A stretch of DNA of 64,000 bases, taken from contig CAVWBW010000004.1 of assembly GCA_963753395.1 (NCBI GenBank), positions 155,062 through 219,061 on the forward strand, given 5' to 3'. A program made the translations under genes and the position numbers. Under the pieces are notes generated by a model. The model worked only from the letters and a program-made list of their open reading frames with translations. It had not been told where the DNA came from and did no database searches. The DNA comes from an uncultured delta proteobacterium. GTDB taxonomy: Bacteria; Myxococcota_A; Polyangia; Polyangiales; Houyiibacteriaceae. Of this stretch, positions 9,939 to 19,900 are shown one piece after another (position 1 is the first letter of the stretch; every line of letters starts with the position of its first letter).

Positions 9939-11474
9939 ATGGCGGTGAAGATCAATCGTCGAGCGATCCTCCAGGGAATGGCCGGCGCAGCCGTTTCACT
10001 CCCGCTGCTCGAATGCATGCTGCCGGCTCGGCGGAGCGCGGCTCAAACGGCGCCGCGGCGCTACGCCATCCTCTTCGCGGGTCAAGCGCTCGGGGGCGAC
10101 AACTACGCCAAGGACACGAGTCGCGTCGATGGCCAGAACGTCACCGAGGGCGGCCACTACATCGCCGACACCAACTACGGTCGCGGGTACGCCCTCACCA
10201 CGCCGCTGCTTCCGCTTCAAGCGATGCAGAACGACTTCACGATGATCTCGAATCTCGCGATTCCATTCAACGTGAGCTCGACCGACGGCAGCGCGGTCCC
10301 AAGCGGCGGCGCGTATCGCGATTTCCATGGCGGCGGCAGCAGCCCGCTCCTCTCCGGCACGCGTTCGACATCGCCCGAGTACGTCTGCAACGGCATCACG
10401 TCCGACCAGGTCATCGCCGAGCTGAACGCCGGCCAAACCACGCACAAGTCGCTGGTCGTCCGCGCGCAGCCGGGCTTCTACGTCAGCGGCTACAGCTTCG
10501 CCGGGCGTCAGTACATCTCCTATGGACCCGGGGGAGGGCGGAACGCACGCATTGAAGCGCAAGCGAGCCCTCAGGTCGCGTTCCAGTCACTGTTCACCGG
10601 CTTCGTACCGGAAGGCGATGACGAAGCCGCGCGCTTCGACTTCGAGATGCGCGCACGCCGGAGCGTGCTCGACCTCGTGCTCGAAAGGCGCGCCAAGCTC
10701 GTGAGCAAAGTAGGACAGGCGGACCGTGAGCGCCTCGAGCGCCACTTCGACGAGATCCGCGACCTCGAGAACCGCATCAGCGCCCTGCCGCCGGTTGCGA
10801 GTGGTCAATGCTTCGTGCCAACGGATCCGGGCGCCGACCCCCCCATCGGGGGCGACCACGAGGGTGGCGGCAGCGGCTCCGTGACGGGAGGCTCTGGCTA
10901 CAGCGACGAGCACACGCGTTCCCGCGTCTTCGCCGACTTGATCCACATGGCGTTCGTCTGCGACCTCACGCGCGCCGCGTCCTTGCAGATCACGGCGTTC
11001 CAATCGCATATGAACGCGCGCCCCATCGCCGACGGCCTCGGCACACTTGCCGGCACCGTACGCCCCTCTCGCTGGGCTTCGGTGGGGGGCGACGTTCACG
11101 AGGTCGGTCACAACGGGGACCCGAACAACCGCGGGCAGATCCCTTCGGCGGGGCTCCTCCAGTGGCACGTGTCGCACTACGCGTATTTGATCGACAAGCT
11201 TCGCAATACACCCGAAGCGGGCGGCAACGTGCTCGACAACTCGATGATCGTGTTCACCGCCGAGGCAGGCCACGGTCTCCAGCTCAACGACGGCAGCTCC
11301 CAGAACCAAACCCACTCCGTCGAGAACATGGTCATGCTGCTCGCGGGCCGTGCCGGTGGTTTTGCGCCCGGGGAGCACATCAACGGCAACCGCGCGCACC
11401 CAGCTACGGCGCTCGTCACGGCCATGCGGGCGGCGGGTTATCAGGGCAATGCCCTCGGCGACGTCTCGCTCTAG
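9939..11474 (+). CDS. DUF1552 (HXXSHH-family) protein
   Basis: ATG at 9939; RRAIL.G....SLPLLE N-terminus, D..RLE.H..EIR.LE, AF.CDLTR, LDNS; canonical partner of DUF1592. Confidence 0.85.
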   Translation: MAVKINRRAILQGMAGAAVSLPLLECMLPARRSAAQTAPRRYAILFAGQALGGDNYAKDTSRVDGQNVTEGGHYIADTNYGRGYALTTPLLPLQAMQNDFTMISNLAIPFNVSSTDGSAVPSGGAYRDFHGGGSSPLLSGTRSTSPEYVCNGITSDQVIAELNAGQTTHKSLVVRAQPGFYVSGYSFAGRQYISYGPGGGRNARIEAQASPQVAFQSLFTGFVPEGDDEAARFDFEMRARRSVLDLVLERRAKLVSKVGQADRERLERHFDEIRDLENRISALPPVASGQCFVPTDPGADPPIGGDHEGGGSGSVTGGSGYSDEHTRSRVFADLIHMAFVCDLTRAASLQITAFQSHMNARPIADGLGTLAGTVRPSRWASVGGDVHEVGHNGDPNNRGQIPSAGLLQWHVSHYAYLIDKLRNTPEAGGNVLDNSMIVFTAEAGHGLQLNDGSSQNQTHSVENMVMLLAGRAGGFAPGEHINGNRAHPATALVTAMRAAGYQGNALGDVSL

Positions 11475-11514
11475 GGGGATTGCGCAGGTCTGCGCCTAGA
11501 CCCATATCGTCTCC

Positions 11515-12693
11515 ATGGTCGAGGCGATGTGGCAGGTTTGGTTGCAGCTTGCGCCATGGCTCCTTCTAGGAGCCGCGGCCGCGGGGTTGCTGCACGTGCT
11601 GCTCCCGCGTGATTTCGCGCGCCGTCAGTTTCGCGGAGTGAAGGGCGTGGCCAAGGCGGTCGCCCTCGGGGTGCCGCTTCCGCTTTGCTCCTGCGGCGTC
11701 ATCCCCGCCGGCCTCGGTCTCAAGAAGGACGGGGCCAGTGATGGCGCGGCGGTCGGCTTTCTGATCAGCACGCCGCAAACCGGCGTCGACTCGTTGTTGG
11801 TGAGCGCCTCGTTCCTCGGGTGGCCCTTCACCATCTTCAAGTGCGTGAGCGCCCTAGTGATGGGCATGGTCGGCGGAGTGGCGACCGAAGCCCTTCACAC
11901 CGATGCCAACGCGGCGTCGCCCCTCGAGGAGGCGACCGCGCCGCAGTCCACCGTCGGCTTCTTCGAGCACATGGTCGACGTGATTCGACCGATTTGGAAA
12001 TGGATCGTCTTTGGCGTCGTCGCATCCGCGGCGATCACGGTGTGGATTCCGCCCGGCGCGATGGCGGGCTGGTCCGGCGTGCACCCGGCGCTCACCGGCC
12101 TTGCGGCACTCGCAATCGCGGTGCCGCTCTACGTGTGCGCCACGGCCTCGGTTCCGATCGCAGCCGCGCTCGTCCTTCAAGGCATGCCGACCGGCGCTGC
12201 GCTCGTTTTCCTGATGGCAGGCCCCGCCACCAACATCGCGACTATCGGCGCGGTGAAACGCGCGTTTGGCAACCGCGTTCTCGGGGTCTACCTCGCCACC
12301 GTCGTCCTCGGGAGCGTCGGGCTCGCGTATGTTTACGACGCATTCATCCCGCTCCAAGCGCTCGGCACGATGACACACGAGCATGGACACGCTTGGTGGG
12401 CGTGGGCCTCGGCTATCCTGCTCGGCGCGCTCTTCCTCTACTTCATCTTCGATGACCTCCGCTCCGCGCTTCGGAGGCGAACGTCACCCGTGACGTCGGC
12501 CGCGCTCACCCTCGAGGTCGAAGGGCTCAGCTGCAACAACTGCGTTCGCAAGCTCGAGCGCGCCTTGCAGGAGACCGAGGGCGTCACCTCCGTAAGCGTG
12601 ACCCTCGAACCGAGCCGCGCCATGGTCGAGAGCTCGCTGACACCGTCGGACCTCGAAGCCGTCGTCCGGGCGACCGGCTACGCCGTGAAGTGA
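11515..12693 (+). CDS. Metal permease (ArsP/SO_0444-like) with C-terminal HMA domain
   Basis: PLPLCSCGVIP, YVCATASVP, LMAGPATN; C-terminal GLSCNNC. Confidence 0.88.
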   Translation: MVEAMWQVWLQLAPWLLLGAAAAGLLHVLLPRDFARRQFRGVKGVAKAVALGVPLPLCSCGVIPAGLGLKKDGASDGAAVGFLISTPQTGVDSLLVSASFLGWPFTIFKCVSALVMGMVGGVATEALHTDANAASPLEEATAPQSTVGFFEHMVDVIRPIWKWIVFGVVASAAITVWIPPGAMAGWSGVHPALTGLAALAIAVPLYVCATASVPIAAALVLQGMPTGAALVFLMAGPATNIATIGAVKRAFGNRVLGVYLATVVLGSVGLAYVYDAFIPLQALGTMTHEHGHAWWAWASAILLGALFLYFIFDDLRSALRRRTSPVTSAALTLEVEGLSCNNCVRKLERALQETEGVTSVSVTLEPSRAMVESSLTPSDLEAVVRATGYAVK

Positions 12694-12712
12694 AAGGGAG
12701 GCGAGCCCCTCG

Positions 12713-13183
12713 CTAGCTGCGGTTGTTGAGGAGCGCCTCGATCGCCGGCGTCACCGGAAGGCGCTGCTCGGCGAAGATCGCACGAATCCAGGGCGCCGAA
12801 TCGGCAATCGAAGCAAACGGCATGATCGGCACGGGAATCGGCGCCACCCAGGTCACCGCCTTGAGGGCCCCACGGATGATCGCGTTGCTCATCAGTACCG
12901 CAATGCCGAAATGGTACTCGCCGGCGAGCGGGCCGGTCACCTCGAACCATTCGCCCAGTCGCTTTCGCTGCTGCGCATTGATGGCAGTCGACAAGCCGCG
13001 CGAGTCGAGAATTGTTGCGAAACGCACGCGTCGCTCCACCATTTGCGTGTAGCGCATGATGAAATACTCGAAGCCTTCCGTACTCAACGGCTTCGAAGGA
13101 AAGCGGACGTAAGCCAGGGGCCAGGCTGTTTCGTCGAAGATGAGCCCGAACTCGTGTACGCCCGGTCTCGTCCCCGTGGTCAT
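12713..13183 (-). CDS. Small hypothetical protein (STAS/SEC14-like fold suspected)
   Basis: Start overlaps upstream stop (ATGA); WP..V.FP, LDSRG, QRK pattern seen in myxobacterial small proteins. Confidence 0.7.
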   Translation of the reverse strand: MTTGTRPGVHEFGLIFDETAWPLAYVRFPSKPLSTEGFEYFIMRYTQMVERRVRFATILDSRGLSTAINAQQRKRLGEWFEVTGPLAGEYHFGIAVLMSNAIIRGALKAVTWVAPIPVPIMPFASIADSAPWIRAIFAEQRLPVTPAIEALLNNRS

Positions 13184-14325
13184 GCCTTGCTCACACCATT
13201 GGCAGCTGGTGGCAGTGTCAGCCGGAAGCGGGTCTCTTTGTCTTCGCTTCCTGAAACCTTCAGATCACCGCCGAGCTCTTCCGCAATCCGCTTCGAAATC
13301 GCCAAGCCGACGCCCGCGCCTTGTAGACGGCCGCCCACGCCGAAGGGCTTGAACACCGCATCGAGGTCGCCGCTGAGTGCCGGGCCGTTGTCGGATACGT
13401 CCAGCACAGCCTTGCCCTTGAGAATCGCGGTCGACACCCGAACGACGCCTTGGCCGTCTTCGCGATTCGCCGCCCGCTGAATCGCGTTGGCCAACAAGTT
13501 CAGCGCGATTTGCACGACGTTGGTGCGCGGCGCCATGACCATCGGTTCGACGCCCGTCGCCACCTCGATCAACGCTCGCCCTCGAAGCCCGCTGCTCTCC
13601 GCCTTGCGAAGCGCGACGCGCACGGCGTCGGCCAGGTCGACGACCTCGGCGGGCGCCTCCTCTGGGCCCTTCGACATCTCATCGGTGAGCTCGAGGATGC
13701 GCTTCACCCCATCGCGCGCGTCGGTCACCGCGTTGGCGACCTGCGCCAGCGTCCCGCGTGCCCGGTCGACGTTCGGTGTGCCCTCTTCGAGAGCGGCTAC
13801 GGCCGCGTCCACCGAAGTTTCGACGACAGTGAGGTTGTTGCGAATCCAACCGACGGGGTTGCGTATCTCGTCGGCCAGTCCGCTAGCGACGATCGTGAGC
13901 GAGTACGCTCGCTCCGTCTCGAGCAAGCGCTGCTCGAGCTCCTGCACGCGCGTGTTGAGCGTGTAGAGATCGATCGCGTCGCGAAGCTCCGCGCGAAGCG
14001 TCTCCGGCTCCCACGGTTTTCGCATGTAGCGCCGGACGTGCCCGCGATTGATCGCGTCTTCCGCGGCCTGCAAATCGGAATAGGCCGTGATGAGCAATCG
14101 GATCGCGTCAGGATGCTGGTTCTCGACCTTCTCGAGCAACTCGATGCCCGTCATGCCTGGCATGCGCTGGTCGGTCAGCACGACGCCGACTTCGTGCTGT
14201 TCCATGAGCTCGAGGCCCGCCGCACCACTCGATGCGGTCAGCACGGGGAACTCGTCCCCGCACACCGCTTCGAATACGACGAGGTTCGGCTCCTCGTCAT
14301 CAACGAACAAAACGTGCGCTGTCAT
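13180..14325 (-). CDS. Receiver domain fused to histidine-kinase-like domain lacking the phospho-His
   Basis: VLFVDDE, TDQRMPGM, KPW; H-box reads LADEIRNP; NLLANA, DNGP, GVGL boxes. Confidence 0.85.
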   Translation of the reverse strand: MTAHVLFVDDEEPNLVVFEAVCGDEFPVLTASSGAAGLELMEQHEVGVVLTDQRMPGMTGIELLEKVENQHPDAIRLLITAYSDLQAAEDAINRGHVRRYMRKPWEPETLRAELRDAIDLYTLNTRVQELEQRLLETERAYSLTIVASGLADEIRNPVGWIRNNLTVVETSVDAAVAALEEGTPNVDRARGTLAQVANAVTDARDGVKRILELTDEMSKGPEEAPAEVVDLADAVRVALRKAESSGLRGRALIEVATGVEPMVMAPRTNVVQIALNLLANAIQRAANREDGQGVVRVSTAILKGKAVLDVSDNGPALSGDLDAVFKPFGVGGRLQGAGVGLAISKRIAEELGGDLKVSGSEDKETRFRLTLPPAANGVSKA

Positions 14326-16931
14326 GCCGCCTGCTCCATCGCGGGAATCTCCATCACGAAACAAGCCCCCCCACCGGGCCTAGGTTCATATCTTAGCTCA
14401 CCACCACACTCCTGCGCGATTCTTCGGCTCAGATGAAGCCCAAGCCCCGTCCCTTCCCCTTCCACTCTCGTTGTAAAGAAGGGGTCGAAAATGCGGTGCA
14501 CGACGTCGGCCGGCACGCCAGGGCCGTCGTCGGAGACGGCCACAGTGACGAGCCTGTCGACCTGCCGAAGCTCGATCCAGATGTTCTTGGCGCCCGATCG
14601 CACCGAGTTGTCGACGAGATTGAGCAGCACCTGATTGAACGCCCGTGCAGGTGCGAAGACCTCGCCAGTGACTTCGTAGTCCTCGTGTACGTGGATCTGC
14701 TTCATCTTGTGCTCGAGTAGGTCGAGCGTCGATCGAACGGCCTGGCGCACATCGCAGGGCGCGAGGTCGGTGCCGTCGGCCGGGCGTGCGTGGGCGTCGA
14801 GGGCGGAAATGACTCCGTTGATGCGGTCGAGTGCGTCGATGATGACGCCCATCAAGCGCTCATTTGAAACCCGAGAAGAGCCGCCGCTTTCGAGCACCTT
14901 GGCGGCGTTCACCGCGGCGTTGAGAGGGTTCTTCACCTCGTGCGCCAAGCCTGCCGCGAGCGTACCGGCGGACGCGAGACGCGCCTGGTCGGCAAGCTGC
15001 AAGCTCAGCCCGCGCATCTTGAGGTGGGCGCGAATGCGCGCCTGCAACACTTTGGTGTGGAAGGGCTTCGACACGAAGTCGTCCGCGCCCGCTTCGTAGC
15101 CCTCGAGCGCCGCCTCGTTCTCTCCACGCGCTGTCAACAGAATGACCGGGATGTTGCGCAGCGAAGGGTCTCCCTTGATCGCGCGGGTCAGGTCGAGACC
15201 ACTGACTTCGGGCATCATGACGTCGGTCAGCACGAGGTCCGGCCGGTTCTTCTTCATGAGCTCGAGCGCCTCGGCGCCGTTACCTGCGGCGTCGACTGTG
15301 CAAGTGGCAGCCAGGGAATCGACAATGAAGGCGCGAAGATCCACCTCGTCCTCCGCCACGAGGACGCGCGGGAGGCGGCCACGGTCGAGGAGCACCCGCT
15401 CCGGGGGGCGCTCGCTCGGCCGAATCTGCACGGGCATCTCCACGTCCATCTCGCGCGTGTGGATGCCCGTCGTGCGGTCTTCGATTCGACGCCTCGGGTG
15501 GTGCTCCGTCTGAAGCTGGCGGCGCTCCATGATCTCGGTGTGGAAATGATCCTTGCCGCTCTTGAGGAAGAGTGTGAACGTGGAGCCCTCGCCAACCTGG
15601 CTTTCGACGGTGAGTGAACCTCCGTGGAGCTGAGCGAGCTCGCGCGCCAACGCGAGCCCGATGCCGACGCCACCCTGGCGGCGCCGTTCGGAAGTCTCGG
15701 TTTGATGAAAGCGGTCGAAGATGCGCTGCTGCTCGTTGCGAGCGATGCCCGGGCCCGTGTCGCTCACCTCGATGGAGGTTCCGGCGGCGTTGTGGAACAC
15801 GGAGACCTCGATCCGCCCGCCATTGGGCGTGAACTTCATCGCGTTTCCGATGAGATTCGTGAGAATGATCTCGATGCGGTGCGGGTCGCCGTAGCGCTCG
15901 GCGGGGTCGCATTTCGCGGCGAAAACCAGATCGATACCCTTGGCTTTCGCCGCGGGCGCGGCGTTCTCGGCGACGCGCCGCGACAGCTCACAGGGGTCGA
16001 ACTGCATGATGCGAAGACGAAGGCCGCCCGCCTCGAGCCGCGCGAGGTCCAAGAGGTCGTCGATCATTCGGAGCAATCGCGTCGCATTGCGGCGGACCAC
16101 CTTGAGCGCATTCCGCTCGGTGCTTGGCGCGAGTCTGTCGAGCAGGTCGTCGACCGGCGAAAGGATGAGCGTCAGCGGCGTCCGAAGCTCATGACTAACA
16201 TTCGCGAAGAACTCGGACTTCAGTCGGTCGACCTCTTGAAGTTGCTCGTAGGCTTGCTCGAGGCTTGCCTTGGTCCGTTGGACTTCGAGTCGCGAGAAGA
16301 ACTCGCTTCTTTCCAGGCCTAGTCGGTGACGTTGAAACGCGATCAGGATGAGGGCTGTTCCTAGAATCACCCCCTGATAGACGACCGCAATTCGCACGTC
16401 GCCGAGCGGGACCCGTCCCAAAACCAGCGGGACTAAGAACAGCACGTAGACACTGATACCAAAGGCCGCCGCCCTGCTTGCAGGCCAAGAGATGAAGAAG
16501 TTCACCCCGATGAGCACGAAGAGGATCGTCAGCGCGTAAGGGGAGTCATACCCGGTATCGAGCCAGCAAAGGAGGTGGTTGAAGATTGAGATGAACAGGA
16601 AGAGGCTGAACACGAGGTTGTCGATGTGCTTGGCTGCCCATTCCGGACGAGTTCGTATCAGGATCCCGGTGCCGACGAGGGCGCCGATCCACACGAGCGT
16701 GAGCACCTGAAGGAGCACGAAATGCGCTCGCATGAGGAACCACTCGACGGGGACGAAAGATAGAATCGTTGCCGCCGTGACAAGCACGCCGGCCGAGAGG
16801 CCTTTGACGTTCCGCTGACGGCGGTCGAGGTCGAAAAGTTCTTCAGCGGGTGCAGCAGCGCCGCCGCGCTTGCGCGCCCCCTGGCTCCCGCTCAGTGTTG
16901 AAGACCCCTCCACCCGCCAACAGTCTATCAA
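14322..16931 (-). CDS. Membrane hybrid sensor kinase (TM-HisKA-HATPase-REC-HisKA-HATPase)
   Basis: About 6 TM helices; SHELRTPL and AHEVKNPL H-boxes, two ATPase domains, central REC (TDVMMP); start codon uncertain. Confidence 0.88.
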   Translation of the reverse strand: MIDCWRVEGSSTLSGSQGARKRGGAAAPAEELFDLDRRQRNVKGLSAGVLVTAATILSFVPVEWFLMRAHFVLLQVLTLVWIGALVGTGILIRTRPEWAAKHIDNLVFSLFLFISIFNHLLCWLDTGYDSPYALTILFVLIGVNFFISWPASRAAAFGISVYVLFLVPLVLGRVPLGDVRIAVVYQGVILGTALILIAFQRHRLGLERSEFFSRLEVQRTKASLEQAYEQLQEVDRLKSEFFANVSHELRTPLTLILSPVDDLLDRLAPSTERNALKVVRRNATRLLRMIDDLLDLARLEAGGLRLRIMQFDPCELSRRVAENAAPAAKAKGIDLVFAAKCDPAERYGDPHRIEIILTNLIGNAMKFTPNGGRIEVSVFHNAAGTSIEVSDTGPGIARNEQQRIFDRFHQTETSERRRQGGVGIGLALARELAQLHGGSLTVESQVGEGSTFTLFLKSGKDHFHTEIMERRQLQTEHHPRRRIEDRTTGIHTREMDVEMPVQIRPSERPPERVLLDRGRLPRVLVAEDEVDLRAFIVDSLAATCTVDAAGNGAEALELMKKNRPDLVLTDVMMPEVSGLDLTRAIKGDPSLRNIPVILLTARGENEAALEGYEAGADDFVSKPFHTKVLQARIRAHLKMRGLSLQLADQARLASAGTLAAGLAHEVKNPLNAAVNAAKVLESGGSSRVSNERLMGVIIDALDRINGVISALDAHARPADGTDLAPCDVRQAVRSTLDLLEHKMKQIHVHEDYEVTGEVFAPARAFNQVLLNLVDNSVRSGAKNIWIELRQVDRLVTVAVSDDGPGVPADVVHRIFDPFFTTRVEGEGTGLGLHLSRRIAQECGGELRYEPRPGGGACFVMEIPAMEQAA

Positions 16932-16962
16932 AGAGGTCGAAGCGGTACCAAAACGCCTGGAA

Positions 16963-19900
16963 TCAGGCTATTTCACGCGTGCCTTGTTTCGCTCTCTTGC
17001 GTTCGACGACCCGCTTCAGGCGAGACAGGGTCTCCGTGGGCCACGCGATCGCGTCAAGCGGACTTCCGTTCGCGGAAACTAGCGCGACTCGGTGCTCGCC
17101 GACCGCAAGCTTTTCGCGTTCGCCGTTTGTTCCAACCCGGTGATACTCGAACCACAGGTCCAAGGCGCCTCTGTAGACCGCCTTGACGTGCATCGATACC
17201 TCGACGTTGTCGAACGGCATGGCTTCGCGCAGGTGATGCGTGCCAAAGAACAAGCACTCCAGTTGACCGCCAACCTTGTCCGGGTTGAAGCAAGAGGGTG
17301 CGATGTCGTGAAGGAACTGGTCACGGAGACGTCCCTGCCACACGCTGTAGTTTCCGAAGTACAAGTTGCCGACGAGATTGGAGTCTTGTAGCGAGGTCGA
17401 GAACACCTGCCTGGCCAATAGAGGTTCCTGCCCTTCATCGCTGGCGGTCCATATGGGATCGCCGAGTTCGATCGCCGCGAGCTTCTCGGGCAGCACATCA
17501 AGCGGCGCGGCGATATCGCGCTTCGGCTTCATTCCCAGCAAGAACTCATAGAAGTCGTCGGGCCATGGGGCAGGTCGGGCAAGGCCGTGGCCGAGGATCT
17601 CCACCGATGAGGTTCGCATAGTCGTCATTGCGATTCGCTCGGCCGGTCCTGGCGTGAACGGCAAGCGCCGCCACTCGCAGGTCGCCGTGTACTCGGTCTC
17701 GTTGCAGTGTTCCATCCAGATCCTGCCTTCGATGACGTCACTATGACCAGCCCGCCCGAGAATCGTCGTTTCGAACGAGTTCGTCACGCCGCCGAACAAA
17801 CCCGCGCCAAACGTCTCGAAGAGCCGACGATGGAAGTCGGCCTGGAGCATGCCGCTCAGCTCTCGCGCCTTGCCCATCCATTCGGCGAAGTTCGAGAAGT
17901 AGACGGTGCGGAGAGGATTCGCCGAGTTGCGGAACGTCAGTGGGAACCGAAAGGCGAAGATCACCTGCCCACGTGGGCCGCCTTCCTTGATCTCGTAGAA
18001 GCTATTGCTCGTACTCCAGGTGGCGCTCGGGCCCTCCTCGATATCGGTTCGGCGGCCCGAAGCGAGCTCCTCGGCCGTGGGCCAATCGCTCCTGTGCTCG
18101 AGGATTTTCGCGTGGTAGCCGGTCAGCTCCTCCAGGACGATTCCAGACTCGTCGCTAGACAGGATATCTCCTACGTACTCCTCTTCCGAACGACTGGTGA
18201 TCTTTGACATATTCTGCCGCATTCGATCGGGGCGAACTGCAGAATCGGCGATTTTCCAGCGGTCTACTCGGATGGGAAGGCACTGGTCAGGAACCGCGCA
18301 AAGCTGAAGGCTCTGCAACAGAGCATCTCGCGCAAACGGATCTCCGAGGACGAACTCCTCGCTTTCGCGTTCGTCGCTCTGAAACTGACAGTTCACATTG
18401 TCGAGACGCTGAATATGTTTGATTCGCTGGAACCGCGGGCCTTGAAAGAGGATGGGCCCGTAGAGCTGACCTTGCGGCTCCACGGGTAGGGCTGCCCGAT
18501 TTTCCGACGTGGCGATGTCGGCGTGCTCGCTCGGCTTGAACTGCATTCCTAACGAATAGGTTCCAGAGAAGTGATCGGTCGAGAATCCGGTTTGCTCGCA
18601 GCGGATCCCAGCCTTGACCGAAAACGCGCCTCCTTCGCCCTCAAGCACACGCGCGTAGACCTCGATTTCGAGTCCTCGTTCGGGGTGCACAGGAAGCGGA
18701 CGTGGGAGTTCGAGTTCGCCGATCGTCACGTTGCCCAATTCTGAGCGGCCCAACGAGTATGCCACCGTCTGTGCCATCGCCTCCAGCCCGAAGACGGTGG
18801 GGAACAAGTATACGTCCTTGTACTCGTGGTCCAACAGGTACGTGTCCCGTGCCAACGATAGATTCGTCCTGGTCACGAGCTCCACGCCGGGCTGGAAGAA
18901 GCGGACGTCTTCGAGGAAGCGTGTGCCCTTCGGGAGGGCCGGGAACTCGGGGCGCCAGGTGTCGATGCCGCCGAGGCGTCCGGTGACGATGACCTGGCGG
19001 TCGCCTGGGTCCTTGGTGAAGAGCTCCAGGAATCTGCGGATACCCTCTTCGAGCGGAATCGAGTCGGTGCCTAGGCTCGCGAGGGCCTCGATGCTGCCGA
19101 GGTTGGCGCCCATGCCGACCTCTTCCCAGATGCTGAACGCCATCGAGACGGCGTCGGTGTCGGGGTTCGAGCTCGCGAACATGCCGAGCGAGCGATCGAG
19201 CGCCTGGTTGGCGAAGGCGTACCAGGCGTTGTTCGGCATGCCGGTCACGCCGATGACGGAGGTGAGTGCGCAGAAGATCGCGGGCGGATCGTTCTTCAGT
19301 GCCTCGAAGAGGTTCAGCGCGCCAATCAGCTTGGGGCTGACTTCGTTGCGTGCGTCGTCGGCGCTCACCTTGTGTGAACGCTCCGGACGGTTGATCGCAG
19401 CACCATGAATGACCGCGCTCACGCGACCCGTGCGTCGGCGCGCCGCAGCGACCAGCGCCGCAACCTGATCGGCCTGCGTCAGGTCACATTGCAGGTAGTC
19501 TGCGCTGAGCCCTTCGTCGGCGAAGCGATCGAGTGTCTTTTGGATCTCGGCGGCGTTCGCGGAGTCTCGGGCGTCCTTCGGGGAGGGCGAGCTTCCTGCG
19601 AGGATCATCTGCGCCCCAGTCTCGCGCGCAAGCGCAAGTGCGCATTCGGCGGTGATGCCTCGCGCGCCGCCGGTAACGAGCACGACATCGCTGCTATCGA
19701 GCTGCCTCGCCCGGCGCGTCAGCGCGTTTCGCGGAAGGATCTGGGGACGTGCGATCCGGCGCGTACGGCCGAAGTAGCGGGCCGCGTCGTAGCGCGTGTC
19801 GGTTTCCACTTCGCGGGCCAGAACCGAGCAGAGCTCCGGCCCGTCCACGGCCTCGTCGACTGTCAGAACACGGAAGCGGAGTCCCTTGCGCTCCAGGTGA

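Noticed and set aside
6218-11474. ppx-sixA and DUF1592-DUF1552 pairs as novel linkages
   Set aside because: Both are common, known gene pairings
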